Notes: generated by a model from the sequence alone, not told the origin. 64,000 bases of DNA from Octopus sinensis (GCF_006345805.1 NC_043009.1:69998001-70062000), one strand, 5' to 3'. Shown: positions 40,243 to 55,115, numbered from the stretch's first letter. Numbers and translations: made by a program.

Positions 40243-40545
40243 GCCTTTGCGCAGCTTCTAACGCTGGAAATGTACTATGGTGTCAGCTGTTCACTACCAG
40301 TGTACTAAGGCAACACCCCTTATTTTTCGAGCACCTTCTGGAGTATTCGAGCGGTTCCAAGCAGTGCTGTTTTCTGCAAATGATACACGCTTATTGCAGT
40401 CCCTATTTGTTCCATGTACTTCTCAAGATTTTTACTCAGTTACCAGGGCTCCGACAATTATTGGTACTACTACCACCTTTTTCATTGACCATAACTGCTT
40501 AACCTCCCATGTTAACCTGTCATATCTATCGACTTTTCTTTCTTA
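40243..40545 (-). mobile_element. R4/Dong-like (restriction-like endonuclease) LINE 3' end
   Basis: Minus translation ERKVDRYDRLTWEVKQLWSMKKVVVVPIIVGAL / SKNLEKYMEQIGTAISVYHLQKTALLGTARILQKVLEK* (one frameshift). A short UTR abuts (TAA)n. Confidence 0.85.
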
Positions 40546-43141
40546 TTGTATAACTTGTCAGAATGATAAAATTCCAAGTCAGCATCGGCTGATTTTGAAC
40601 TCAAAACGACAGCAGAACGTTTAGTTCAATGCTTTATCAATTCTACTTGCTATCATCATCATCAGGTGGTAGCTACAACGGTAATAATACTGACCTTATG
40701 TTATTAATAATTGTCCAACGTGTGTTTTCTCGGTTTGAAGAGCGTAGTGTGAGAATTTGAGCAAAAGAATTACTGTCTGTAGAATTTTGGTTGATCTACG
40801 CTGATTAGAATTGAAATTTAAAAGACTGGAAAACAATGGAAGTAGAAACTGTCGGCATTCAAGAATGGTGAACCCTATCGACGGTTTTGACCCGACTCAA
40901 AACACCAACAGATTGCCTTCGTTGAACAGAAGCAAAGTAAAATGGTCCGTGACCAAAAGTTGAAGGCGAAACGAAATTAGAATCTTAATCAATAACACAT
41001 TTATTTTTCTGTTTTTAGTAAAATAATAAAAGAAGAAAAATCGAAATATCTTAAGCAAGGCGGAAAGATTTGTAAGTTTTGTTGTAAAGCGTCGTTGAAC
41101 AAAAAGAAAGCCCTCGCCAAAATATGAGTTTGTTGTCTTTTTTCTTTCTTTCTCTATTTTTTTTGTTTGTTTTTCCAATTCCCATTGAAAGTAATTTCCA
41201 TTTCCTAATGGCCGCTTATAATCTTGCAAAAGAGATAATGATGGCGACCAAATTTGCCAGTTGATACGATCCTATAAAGTAGCTATTTCTTTAGATAAGT
41301 ATTTTTGCTGTTGCTATAGTTTCTACAGATACCTATTTCGAAAGTGTCGGTCTTATTGAGTTTAGAAGGATTTTGCATCGAGATTCACCGTTACCTGTAA
41401 CAATCTCCTCGAACCGCACAAGGAGGCAACGTTATTACTAGACCGGCCCGAAATAAAAACAATAACTTCTCGAGTCACAGTCTGTTATAGGAAAACGAAG
41501 GGAATATTAGATAGGACGGTCCTAAAAGCGCGGCAGAAAATACGGAATAGTTGCGTCGACAATACTGTTGTTGGATGGTTTGCTCATCCAGGACTTTTTT
41601 CAGTAGGTTCACAGTGAGATTTGAACTTATAACAGCAAACAAATAAAAAACAATCGTTAATGATATATAAATAATTCCTCTCTGCTTTCACTGCAATAAA
41701 TTGGACTTCTTCATCCACGTATATGGTATAGCTTGGTAGAACAGTGAAAACCAATGTTTTAAAGTCAAAGATCACATGCGTTCAATATGCCATGTATGAG
41801 GGGAAGATTTCAATTGGATTTCTTACCATTCTAAAACCAGTGCAATAGAACGAAGGCTGCAGATACTGAATGGTCCAGAAGAATTGGATTGTATGTTCGT
41901 TTAATATATCAAATTGAGAAGCTACTAGAACGGTTTCGATAAGAAATTTGGATTATTTAACTATTTTGGTTTTGACTCGTTAAGAATTGGAATAAAGATA
42001 ACAACATATTTTATATTCATGGAAATATTTTTCCGTTTGAATAAATTCCAAAATATATAACAAGAAAACTACGTGATTACGTGCAAAGTAAAAACGAAGA
42101 AAAAAAAGTATTGAAAATAGCATTTATGGAAAAATTTGAAATTTAAATGTAAAAGTTAATGAAAATGAATCAAGACGTTCTAAATGATGTTATAGGAGAA
42201 ATTTTAGTGAATTTTATTCTGAAGTTAAACAGTTTAGAGTGCTTAAGAATATTGAAGCAAAAATATAGATAATTGATTTAATAGCAAGATTATTAAATCT
42301 GAAGATAGACATCAGTTAAAAGTACTCGAGGTTTTTAAAGTTAAAAATGTTGGCAAGATAAAACTACAAAAAGAAACTAACAGGTCTGATTGTAACTAAT
42401 TCAAGTAAACAAATAAGCAAAAACGTCTTAAATTAACATATTTAAAATATTGAATAACAAATAAATCTTCGACCTCCAGGTAATTCATTCGAAGAGGAAA
42501 ATTGAATTTAGAAAAGACACTAATAAGCACAAAAATAAAGCCTTGTTCTTTAACAATAAGTGGAAGATTGAGAATTCGGATTTGTAGATTTGTATCTACA
42601 GGAAAACTAGCAGGTGAAAATAAACGTTTCTTTTTTCCTTTTCTAATATAATATATAATGTATACTATAGCAGTTTAATATAATATAATATAAAATGATA
42701 TAATATAATATAATATATGAAATATGTATAACATATAGACGTGCATAAATATGTGTGAATACAAACACATACACACATATATAAACAGATAGATATTAAT
42801 AAGCATAGATTTTTGTCTATACAAATGCATGTGTATATTAAGATAACAGGATAACACCGTTAGAAGGAAAGGTTAGGAAAAGTAAAAGAGAAAGATGAAA
42901 ACTCTTAAAACAAGATGAAAGACAATAAAATGCAGCAGAGTACAAAGAGAAGTAGGTTTCTACGCATTTGTTTGTATGTAAGTACAAATATGAGTGGCAA
43001 GCGGGTTCCTTGTTGCGCACAACTTGCCATCTGGATTTACACATTTTCATTATTTTAAATAACTTATTGTTCTACGCACTTCTGGCAATTCCTGTTTCAT
43101 ATCTATAATATAATTTGGCGTTCCTCGGTTCAGTAGGGGAA

Positions 43142-43216
<75 letters not shown>

Positions 43217-43269
43217 ACATACTCATACCACAAACATACACATACATGTACATACATATATAGAGTATA

Positions 43270-43418
43270 AGAAGCAGAAAATGTTGACAAACAACAAATG
43301 TAGGCTTTGCAAGACCAGGACAGAAGACATCGACCACATAATTGCCAACTGCGAGAGAATATCTTCGAGATAGATTCCCATGAGGGATGATGCAATGGCC
43401 AGAGCAGTCTGGAACATA
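43270..43418 (+). mobile_element. RLE-type LINE CCHC zinc-knuckle fragment
   Basis: From about 43290: NNKCRLCKTRTEDIDHIIANCERISSR*IPMRDDAMARAVW (C-x2-C-x8-H-x4-C, plus an RHD-like RDD). Confidence 0.75.
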
Positions 43419-43419
43419 G

Positions 43420-43463
<44 letters not shown>

Positions 43464-43958
43464 TGTGTGTGCACGGCCCCGCCCTCGCGCATGTGTATAT
43501 TCTGATCGATAATTATTTCGTTTCTTTTTCGTTTCTTTTTAAAAGCATATCTGGTTTGAGACTTGCTAGATATGTGCCATTGCTGTTGGTGTTGTCGTTG
43601 CTGGACATAAGGTCAACTCTGATCCAGTAACCCACTACTTAAATGGTGGCCATATGACTTGTAAAACGGTAGAATGTAATTTCAGGGATGTTTAGCTATT
43701 ATTTCTAGTACGTCGAGTGATCGCATGGAAAGTCTTTCCACTTCTCCTCTGCACATGGCGGAATGTTTGTTTCGAGCGCATGTTTCATGTTTCAGAATGT
43801 GTCGACATTTTAATAACAACAGATGCGTTGAAAACTGGGTATATGGATTTTTTTAGCAAAAGCAAGTTTTGTTTCGTGCGCGCGTGTTAGGTATACACAA
43901 ACACATATACATACGTGTAAGCACACAGACACCCCGATACCCACATATGTGTATGCGA

Positions 43959-44507
43959 GTGTGTGTGTGTGTTGGGAGAGGAGGGGTTGTGGAAAATAGA
44001 GAAAGAAAGTGAAAGAGAAAGAATGAGGAATGTGTGTAGACAAGAGAGGCTGATTGAACGTGTGTGCCGGTGGTTATTGTGAACTTATCGAATGTAACAG
44101 CAATCTGCACCCCCGCCACCGCCCAGCCCCCCCTCCACCCTGGACCGGTGTTGACGCAACCACAACTGTACTATGTCTACTGCTCCTACTCTATCAGTCT
44201 ATCTGACTTATCAAAAGTGTTTGTCATTTAAACAAATCTTTGAACTGACGATGGAAGATGGCTACAACGATACGTTTGCCAAGAGAGAACTCTGCGCCAG
44301 TATCTGATAACTCTTTCCTTTTCTCTCTATCAAACACTTTCTAACTCACAACCTCTCTCTCTCTCCCTCTCTCTCCTTCTCTCTCTCCCCCCTCTCTCTC
44401 ATTCGCTTTGCTTTGCGATCTTGCTCTCTCATTATCACTGGTTCTTTTCCTCATCGTTCACCACTCTCTCCTCTTCCCACTTCTTCACTTTCTCTCGCAC
44501 TAAACCC

Positions 44508-44572
<65 letters not shown>

Positions 44573-44850
44573 CCTGTCTGTATGTCTTCCTCTCTCTCTC
44601 CCCCCTCTCTCTCTCTCTCTATGTTTTGTCAGTCTCTCTCTCTCACGCACACACGTTTTCAGATGTAGGCTAAGATGAACATGTTCGGGTTATCTCCAAA
44701 ACGTAATCTTCTGCATTATTTTCCCGCTCCTTTATTTCTCCCCCCACCCCACCACCACCATCCTCGTCACCTACTGACAATATTTAAACTAAATGATATA
44801 TGGTGGTTGTTGGTCTTCTCCGTTCTTGTTGCTACGGCTGTCTTTAATGG

Positions 44851-44899
<49 letters not shown>

Positions 44900-45661
44900 T
44901 ATTGTGTTCCCGATCACATTGATTTTGAGATTTGGTAGCGGTGGCAGAGGTGTTGGTAAGCGTGCGGCGGGTTTCCTCATGATGTTAATGGCGACTGTGA
45001 TTATGATAATGTCGGTAATACTGGAACTTTGCTGGCGAGGGTCGTGTTTGGCGCTTTAACTCGTAACGCTACTGTGTTGTTACAAATACGTACACATAGA
45101 CATGTGTGTGTGTGTGTTGGGAGAGGAGGGGTTGTGGAAAATAGAGAAAGAAAGTGAAAGAGAAAGAATGAGGAATGTGTGTAGACAAGAGAGGCTGATT
45201 GAACGTGTGTGCCGGTGGTTATTGTGAACTTATCGAATGTAACAGCAATCTGCACCCCCGCCACCGCCCAGCCCCCTCCACCCTGGACCCGGTGTTGACG
45301 CAACCACAACTGTACTATGTCTACTGCTCCTACTCTATCAGTCTATCTGACTTATCAAAAGTGTTTGTCATTTAAACAAATCTTTGAACTGACGATGGAA
45401 GATGGCTACAACGATACGTTTGCCAAGAGAGAACTCTGCGCCAGTATCTGATAACTCTTTCCTTTTCTCTCTATCAAACACTTTCTAACTCACAACCTCT
45501 CTCTCTCCTCTCTCTCTCTCCCTCTCTCTCCTCTCTCTCTCCCCCCTCTCTCTCATTCGCTTTGCTTTGCGATCTTGCTCTCTCATTATCACTGGTTCTT
45601 TTCCTCATCGTTCACCACTCTCTCCTCTTCCCACTTCTTCACTTTCTCTCGCACTAAACCC

Positions 45662-45726
<65 letters not shown>

Positions 45727-46002
45727 CCTGTCTGTATGTCTTCCTCTCTCTCTCCCCCCTCTCTCTCTCTCTATGTTTTGTCAGTCTCTCTCTCTCACGC
45801 ACACACGTTTTCAGATGTAGGCTAAGATGAACATGTTCGGGTTATCTCCAAAACGTAATCTTCTGCATTATTTTCCCGCTCCTTTATTTCTCCCCCCACC
45901 CCACCACCACCATCCTCGTCACCTACTGACAATATTTAAACTAAATGATATATGGTGGTTGTTGGTCTTCTCCGTTCTTGTTGCTACGGCTGTCTTTAAT
46001 GG

Positions 46003-46053
<51 letters not shown>

Positions 46054-46268
46054 GTTGTTCCCGATCACATTGATTTTGAGATTTGGTAGCGGTGGCAGAG
46101 GTGTTGGTAAGCGTGCGGCGGGTTTCCTCATGATGTTAATGGCGACTGTGATTATGATAATGTCGGTAATACTGGAACTTTGCTGGCGAGGGTCGTGTTT
46201 GGCGCTTTAACTCGTAACGCTACTGTGTTGTTACAAATACGTACACATAGACATGTGTGTGTGTGTGT
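43959..46268. repeat. Two-copy tandem duplication, unit about 1.15 kb, bounded by (GT)n
   Basis: GTTGGGAGAGGAGGGGTTGTGG occurs at 43971 and 45116. The copies are collinear through TACACATAGACATGTGTG. Confidence 0.97.
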
Positions 46269-46317
46269 ACAAACGCACATACAAGCAGACGTGTGTACGT
46301 GTGTATATATATACACA

Positions 46318-46326
46318 TACATACAT

Positions 46327-46407
<81 letters not shown>

Positions 46408-46443
46408 TAGATAGATAGATAGGTAGATAGGTAGATATATTGG

Positions 46444-46520
<77 letters not shown>
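46318..46520. repeat. (TACA)/(GACA)n/(GATA)n tetranucleotide array
   Basis: Read directly from the sequence. Confidence 0.95.
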
Positions 46521-46521
<1 letters not shown>

Positions 46522-46717
46522 CCACGCACATTAGTCACTCTTAATCTACGTTCACCTGCATAACTTCATCCTGAAGATGAGTCAATGAACACCTGGGAAC
46601 GACGTTGATGATGAATTGAAGAACTCGACTGCTCCGAACAAACTGCAAGGAAACGAATTGGCAGTTGCGTTGTCAATGCAGTTCTCAATGAAGATGACTT
46701 TGCTGAGTGAGGGGGAC

Positions 46718-46790
<73 letters not shown>

Positions 46791-47034
46791 TACTGGGAAG
46801 GAATAAGTCTTATATCTGAGAAAGGAGAGAAGAAGGAATCAAAACTTGCTGGTTCTAAGTGTAAAACGATGTTCTTGAGATGTCATCGAGTCACTTCTTT
46901 ATCGTCGCAGATTTATTCATATTTCACTTCTTAGAAGTGTATCGTCTCGAAGACAAATACACACTCTACACAGGGATCAATCTATATATATATATGTCTC
47001 TGGGAACACACTTAGACACACACATACCCATTTA

Positions 47035-47293
47035 TACATAAATGTATACATATACATAAATACATACATACATATATATATACACATACTTACATATATA
47101 TACACATACATACATATATATACACATACATACATATATATACACATACATACATACATATATATACACATACATACATACATATATATACACATACATA
47201 CATACACATATATACACATACATACATACATATATATACACATACATACATACATATATATACACATACATACATACACACACACACACATAT

Positions 47294-47345
<52 letters not shown>

Positions 47346-47351
47346 ACATAC

Positions 47352-47420
<69 letters not shown>

Positions 47421-47425
47421 CACAC
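47035..47425. repeat. TACA/TA-based minisatellite (about 20-24-bp units) plus (TA)n
   Basis: Repeated TACATACATATATATACACA units. Confidence 0.9.
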
Positions 47426-48829
47426 ATTTATACAGATATACGTAAACATACATTCTTATATGTATGCAACTGTATGTCCGTGCGTGTGTAGGTTTGTTGA
47501 TGTGACAACGATAAAGGTTTTGTTTTTACTAGAACAAGTCACCGCACACAAAGAGGAATGGTGCTTTTGACGGTGCGCCAGTGTATTCTACTTGGAAGCC
47601 AATACCTATTGGAACACAATCCGTTGTGCACGCAGGATTAGTGAAAACAGCATGGCTATTAATGTCGTCTGCATCGCTATCAAATTACCACAAATACGTG
47701 AGAGAGAGTAATCCATCGTTAAACAATAAGATTCTCTCGAAGATGATTTCAATGCAAAGCGATTCCTTTAAGTATTCACGTGAGATCGGATTAAGCTTTT
47801 CGTACGAGTTGGAATTATAGCACCACTTAATTGCTACCTTTATAGGCTGAGTGTGTGTGTGAGTGTATATGTGTGTATCGGTGTGCGTATGTATATATAT
47901 ATAAATATATATATGTGTGTGTGTGTGTGTGTGAGAATGTATGTGTGTGTATCGGTGTGCGTATGTATATATATAAATATATATATGTGTGTGTGTGTAT
48001 GTGTGTGTGTGTGCGTACGTATATATGTGTGTGTGTGAGTATGTGTATGTGTGTGCGATTGTGCCTGTGTGTATGTACGTGAGTGCGTGTGTGTGTATGT
48101 GTGTCTAAGTGCGCACGCGTGTGTATGCGTGTGTGTGTATATGTGTGTGTGTGGTGTGTGCGTGTGTATGTAATTACCTATTTGCTGAGAAGACAAGAGT
48201 TAGTCAAGAGGTCAGAGTTCGTGCCAACGTTCGTATGGAACTGGTGATTAGAGAATAAAAAGAGGGAGGCTGCTTATTATGGTCTTTGAAATGAAGGCTC
48301 TGTATTAGCTGTGAGACACAACGTTCATGTTGTGTGCTTACTGTTCTCTGTGAACAGTAAATGGGCGAGTCGAGTGTTGGAAACGAAGGAAGATGAAAAG
48401 AAAATTCAAAGAAATCGCCATACTTTTATGAAATGCCGGTCTTTATGTAACAAACAACCAGGCTGGTACACAATCATCTATACTCTTACGTGTGTGTATA
48501 TATATATATATATGAATGTTTATACTCCTATACATACATGACATATCCATTGAAATATACGTATACACACGCGTGTACACAAGTCCGCTCGCTCATACAC
48601 GCTCTATAATCATACATACATTCAAAACAACGGTTGTGCTCCAGCGTATGTCTACATATATATTCCTTAGATAGATAGATAGACTGGTAGATAGAAATAC
48701 AGGCAGACAGACAGGTAGATAGACTGATTGATTGAATGATTGATTGGTCGAATGATAAAAATCGCATAACTGACACAACGAATAAGGTTATGAGGCGAAG
48801 ACGAGACGAACAACAATACACGGAATCAG

Positions 48830-49345
48830 GACAGGGTCCTACCGAAGACAGGTCCACTCTTCTGGTCATTTCTGCCACTCTCAACCACATTTTAGCAAAG
48901 TAACTCGAAAGCTACAATTCTCTCCTCACCTTCTTCTTTCTCTCCAAGTAGAACTTGGACAAATCGATAATCTGTCGAATCTCCTCGACCTTGATCATCA
49001 CGAAATTCTTAACTGCAGACATGAAGATAAGTGAAACACATCCCTCCAAGAAGTACGAAAGAACAGAAACCACATTTTTAAAATTTTTTGATGGAAACAG
49101 ACAAGGGTCACAACAGTCTGGGGGCAATATTTTACTCAGAGTTGAATGCATTCTCCATAACTCCCAGACATGTCAGAGATAGTTTCACTTCAGTAAATTT
49201 CTTGGCAGTACAGACCTCTCTTATCAGAACCGCTTCTAATGCCACAGTCTAAAGAACCGGTAAAGAACTTTAGCAGGACCATTGCTTCAGTGACCCACAA
49301 TGCTAACCAGCAAAGACTTGCCTCTCCAGGCACTGAGCTACAAGA
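48830..49345 (-). mobile_element. Degraded Tx1/L1-like LINE ORF2 C-terminus
   Basis: Minus strand IDLSKFYLERKKKVRREL*LSSYFAKMWLRVA resembles the C-terminal FKFHLKRKxRVER..FxxRW motif of Tx1-like ORF2 (recalled, not searched). Confidence 0.5.
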
Positions 49346-49845
49346 CCATTGATTTTTCCTGTTTAATGTGTGCTTCCTGTATTCCTGCTATGAAATGTCT
49401 TCCGACCATTCCATTTTTGTATTGTCTAATAGTATGGCGATAATAACAGTCTTTTCCATTATTGGCAGATGACCAAAACCTTGAAGTAAAGTTTTAATCA
49501 ATTTAATGAACTCTAGCACACGGCTGGTGCTTATTTCGACGAACACCCGAGGAACACGTGGCTAGCCGCAAATGAGTTGCAACTTAAAATATAAAGAGTC
49601 GAACAAAGCACCACAAGGTGGCGCTGCAATGTTCTTGTAGATACTAACCATGATCGGAATTATCTCTTCTTTACCATTGACAACAAGAGTATAATCATTC
49701 ATACAAGGAAAATGTGGGTGCTATAAAATATGTGCAATAAACGAAACAAAAGACAAAGTTATATAAAAAGAGGAAGTGGGCAGAAAGGTAAGAAAATATA
49801 ACCAACATACTAATATATATATATATGTGTGTGTGTGTATGTATG

Positions 49846-49876
<31 letters not shown>

Positions 49877-50744
49877 ACGTAAGTAGATACACACACATAC
49901 ACTGGAATGTATGTATGCATATACATACAAGCATTTACATATTCTACATCTGTTAGAACCTGAGGGCATATTTCGAGAAAAGTAACAATGCACACTCGAT
50001 GCTGAAGAGTAGTTTTGATCATCAAAAACGATTTTTCTCTGTATGATCTTTAAATGCTATCACCGGCAGAGCAATTTCACTCGAAACATAAGCAGCACAA
50101 GTGGTTTCTCTAATAGAATTCATTCATTCTACATCTACTTTAGGCACACTTAACTCTGCTTTTCGTATAGCATCGGTCTGCCTTATTAGCTGCCAACGTG
50201 CCAACGTTTCAGCTTTGTTCGCTGCGTGGAAATGTTGACAAGTTGATGCGGAAACGGACATCTCTGCTTTTTTTTTTTTCTACCTATGATATTTGAACAT
50301 TTTCGCCTGCATCGACAGTTCTAATTTGAATGTTGGAAAATAAACTTTAGAAACCCGAGAGGGCACAGATTTTGTAATCATTTTCATTGCGCAGTCTCAA
50401 GGTTGTACCACTGAAACCATTTTATGTTATGCAGGCAGTCTTCTGAAGAAATAAGAACAAAAGTAAAATGGTCTTCATCCTAAAGCAAGAAAGGCACCTT
50501 CACAATGTGTAATTTCTTTTAAATGTTAACTCACCGCCTTAGAAATGGATAAATATATAGAATATATATAGAATATCGGTGCACATGATGACTGAAAGAA
50601 AAAGACGAACCAAAGTTACTTTGTAAAATCTATGTTTTGATGTAAGAGTGTTGTATACACGAACGGCACCAAGAAGTTTTTAGAGTAGTTTTTGATGAAC
50701 GGGTATATTGAGCGTTCATCAAATGACGTCATGAAAATATGTGA

Positions 50745-51565
50745 CTTACCTATTTCCAATTTATGCAGACGACACTGCTCTACTTGGCGAGACAGAAGCC
50801 GGACTACAAAAAAATGATAAACAGGATCGAGAGGAAGCAAATACGCATGACCTCAACCATGATAGAACAAAAGTCATGAGAGTAGGAAAAGAGAAAATGA
50901 ATGGGAACACCAAACTGAGCAGTGACAGACTCGAACAGCTTGCTTTGTACAAATATCTTGGAGCCTAAATCTCTACTGAATCCCAATTCTCTACTGAGCC
51001 TAAATCTCTACTGAAACAAAGAAATTACGACACGACTAGCCATGCTAAGAACGTCCATGACAAAGTTTAGTAGCATCTGGAGTAGCAAAACTGTGCCATG
51101 TAAGTTAAAAACAAAACCAGTAGGAGTGTTCGTTTGGCCAGCAGGCATCGTTTATGGTTGCTAAGCGTGGACTCTGAACAAATTTCAAGAGAATACAATC
51201 AATGCATTTTGGACGTTCATAGGAAAATGACATAAGTCTCTTAAAAGACCACCAGACAAATGAATGGATATTACAACAAACAGGTGAAAGATGATAACCC
51301 CTGAACATCGTGAAAAAAGCAAAAACTCACCTATTATGACTATATTCGAAGAAGTAGAGGTTTGGAAAAACAGTATCATGGAGGAAAGAATAGACGGTAA
51401 TGGGTCAAGAAGCAGGCAGAGAACGCAATGGATGGTCAGTCTCACGAGATGGTTGGGCAAGAGGGGAGAGGTAGCTGGGGGACCCGCGTTTAATCGGGAA
51501 AGCTTTTGTTGCAGTGTCCTCAATACGCTACAGGAGTTCGATACACAACGACGACCAAGTGAAAT
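50745..51565 (+). mobile_element. RTE-like LINE RT C-terminal fragment (disabled)
   Basis: IYADDTALL..RTKVM..YKYLG, then YGC*AWTL and IMEERIDGNGSRSRQRTQW. Contains a three-copy, about 17-bp internal tandem at about 50962-51015. Confidence 0.88.
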
Positions 51566-51649
51566 AGTCTTGGTTATTAAAATGTGAGCAACTCTTTTTT
51601 TTCCAATAAGGATAATACATTATCGCTATGATATATATATATATATATG

Positions 51650-51859
51650 TCTTTTACTTATTTCAGTCATTTGACTGCAGCCATGCTGGAGCACCGCCTT
51701 TAATCGAGCAACTCGACCCCGGGACTTATTCTTTTGTAAGCCTAGTACTTATTCTATCGGTCTATTTTGCCGAACTGCTAAGTAACGGGGACATAAACAC
51801 ACCAGCATCGGTAGTCAAGCAATGCTAGGGGGACAAACACAGACAAACAAACACACACA

Positions 51860-51904
<45 letters not shown>

Positions 51905-52066
51905 GACGGGCTTCTTTCAGTTTCCGACTACCAAATCCACTCACAAGGCTTTGGTCGGCCCGAGGCTATAGCAGAAGACACTTGCCCAAGGTGCCACTCA
52001 GTGGGACTGAACCCGGAACCATGTGGTTGGTTAGCAAGCTACTTACCACACAGCCACTCCTGCGCC
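51650..52066 (-). mobile_element. SINE family B, full length
   Basis: Complete reverse complement from tail to the GGCGCAGGAGTGGCTGTGTGGTAAG head. Confidence 0.93.
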
Positions 52067-52858
52067 GATATATATATATATCAGATATACCCAGATGATA
52101 CAGTGTGGACACTAGTGACGTCAAATGAGCGTCGGTTACATTAGAGAAAGTATAATGGCGTCAAGTAGAGCTTTCCCATTTACATAAAATGGACTTATTG
52201 ATTTATAGTTTCGACTTGTATAAATATATTGTAATATATCAGGAACTTTGTATAAAATACACTGTAAATAGTTTCGTTCACATGTCATCTCTGTCTTACC
52301 TGACGATGTCATTTAGTCTGGAGGCAATATATTCTTAAGGTTTAAATTCCATTCAATATAAGTTTGTAGACTCAGCATAAACGTCTTCTTTTTCCGTTCG
52401 GCTATTTTTTCTCTAAACTCGATTGATCTTTAAGCCATGTCATGTAATCTCTATCAGCAAAGAACTCCAACGTCACTCCGTGCGAAAAGACAGTCAACCA
52501 CTCTGTTTGCTTTCAGACAAATCAAACTTGTGGGAAGTTTCTATCAGTATATTTGTCGCGATTTTGTTTTAACAATCGGGACACGTAAACGTGCGATAAC
52601 TCCTGATAAAATCTGCAGTAATTAATAATATGAATAATGATGATGATGATGATGATGATGATATATAGATATTTGGTCAGAGTAACTCTTTTCCAAACCT
52701 TGCAATGAAGACGTCCAAAGGCAGAGCCGGCTTTTGCTATCCTTGCGTCACTTCATCAACGTGAATACACTTTGAGAGTGTACTTCCAAGGTAGGTGGGA
52801 GATTATGTATATATATATATATATATATCTATATATATATATATATATATGTGTGTGT

Positions 52859-52895
<37 letters not shown>

Positions 52896-53242
52896 TTGTT
52901 TGTGTGCGTGCTTGTGTGAATGTGTGTATCTTTCTTTCTGTCTGTGAGTCTGATTCTTTACGCATGTCATTAAAGGCCCTTATATATTCATATGCATAAA
53001 AGTAGAAGTTGTTTGTATTTATGAGAAATACCTGAGTCGATTCTACATGTTTCTTTGTTCTTGTTTAATACGTGGCGACCCCGCCGCACTCTTGGTGGAA
53101 AACAAAACAAAAATGAGCGCTCAGTGAAAAGCTTATCAGATATTAATCAACGTTTTTATCATAACAGCAGAACGTCATGGAAAAACGGTTTACCATTATC
53201 GGGAGTTGCATCATTTCCTATAGTCATTGTGATAATAACAAC

Positions 53243-53342
<100 letters not shown>

Positions 53343-53983
53343 GTTGTAGTAGTAGTAGTATAAATATTAAAATATAAATTGGATTGAACTCAATGACTAT
53401 TGTGAAGATGCGCTCATAATTAATGAAATAATATACATCATTGTGTGTTAGTGTGTGTAATTGCACAATACAGTAATACCACCGTACATATATATATATA
53501 TTATATATATATATATATATGTGCGTGCGTGTGTATGTATATATATATATATATATGCATATGTGCATAGAGGTGTGTGTATGTATTATTGGAACTGTGT
53601 GTTCACTATTATTTAAGTTTCTTTTTCCATAATTTCTAAGAAGTTATTTCCATTTTATCCGGAAGACTGAAGCTCTAATTACGCTGCATCTTATTCTGTC
53701 TCCTTCCTCACTTTCATAGTCTTAATGAAGTGAAGCTGGCGGCTGTTGACATCGGTTTTATGCAGGCAGGAATGAAGGAATCGGTGGAAATATCTCGCAC
53801 TTTGCCCAGTCTGGATCCACGTTTCCAAGTGTCGTCGTGTTTGTGATCCTTCCTTACCGATTGTTCAGACACGTAAACTCGTATTTTAAGTAAGGGGTCT
53901 CTTTCCGTATGCCCGCCACTCTGTCCCCATCTCTCAATCTTTTACATATGCACTCTCATACACACAGATAGATACATAGATGA

Positions 53984-54017
<34 letters not shown>

Positions 54018-54487
54018 GAGAGAGAGAGAAAGAAGAGAGAGAGAAAGAAGCGAGAGAGAAAGAAGAGAGAGAGAGAGAGAGAGAGTGTGTGTGTGTGGTC
54101 TGTATGTGTGTGTCTGTATGTGTCTGTATGTGTGTGTGTGTACCGGTGCCATCAATACGGCCAGTGAATATGTTTATCTCGCTTAAATATATTCACCGTG
54201 ATAATAATTGGGGAAAAATGAAACCTGCGTTCACTTTTAAGCGCAGATATTTCAATGTTATCAAGTGTGCTGAAAAACCTTCAAAAAAGCCCCCAATCCG
54301 GTTACTATTGATTCTAAAAGTCCCCAAACTAGAAATTTAACCAGTTGCAGACAAATCATCATGCAATAATCTTGAGAAAGAAGACGCTCTGCAAGAACTA
54401 AATTCATAAAAATATTTCACTCTTACTAGGATTTGACGGGAAAATTTGCTCTGAAAAATATCTTAAATTTTGTAAGTACAAAAGGGT

Positions 54488-54550
54488 ATGTGTGTGTGTG
54501 TGTGTGTGTGCGTATACATATCGATGTGTATATATATATGTGTATATATT

Positions 54551-54586
<36 letters not shown>

Positions 54587-54638
54587 GTGTATATATTATA
54601 TATATATACATATATATATACACATGCATATACATACA

Positions 54639-54669
<31 letters not shown>

Positions 54670-54702
54670 GTGTGTGTGTTTGTGTGTATACATATCGATG
54701 TG

Positions 54703-54762
<60 letters not shown>

Positions 54763-54890
54763 AATGTGTGGTATATATTATATATATATATACATACATA
54801 TATATATATATATACACATGCATATACATACATATATATACATATGCATATACATACATTATATATATATATTGTGTGTGTGTGTATGCG
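54488..54890. repeat. Duplicated compound microsatellite (about 175-200-bp unit, two copies)
   Basis: GTATACATATCGATGTG occurs at about 54512 and 54686; ACACATGCATATACATACA is repeated. Confidence 0.85.
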
Positions 54891-55072
54891 TTATCGTTAA
54901 CCAGAAAGCTAACATTGTTTTCACGTCAATTATCGCAGTGTTTACATTTGGCATATACAAAACCTCTGGTCTCCAACCAATGGCCCAGCACACACACATA
55001 CATACATAAACACATACATGCACGCACACACACACACACACACACAGACAGACATGTATATATGTGAGTGTT

Positions 55073-55115
<43 letters not shown>

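Noticed and set aside
42000-42600. A-rich strand-biased stretch resembling decayed coding DNA
   Set aside because: Stops occur in all frames and there is no motif; its origin cannot be assigned.
50962-51015. Three ~17-bp direct repeats, superficially CRISPR-like
   Set aside because: No unique spacers; a slippage duplication inside an RTE fragment in a eukaryotic genome.
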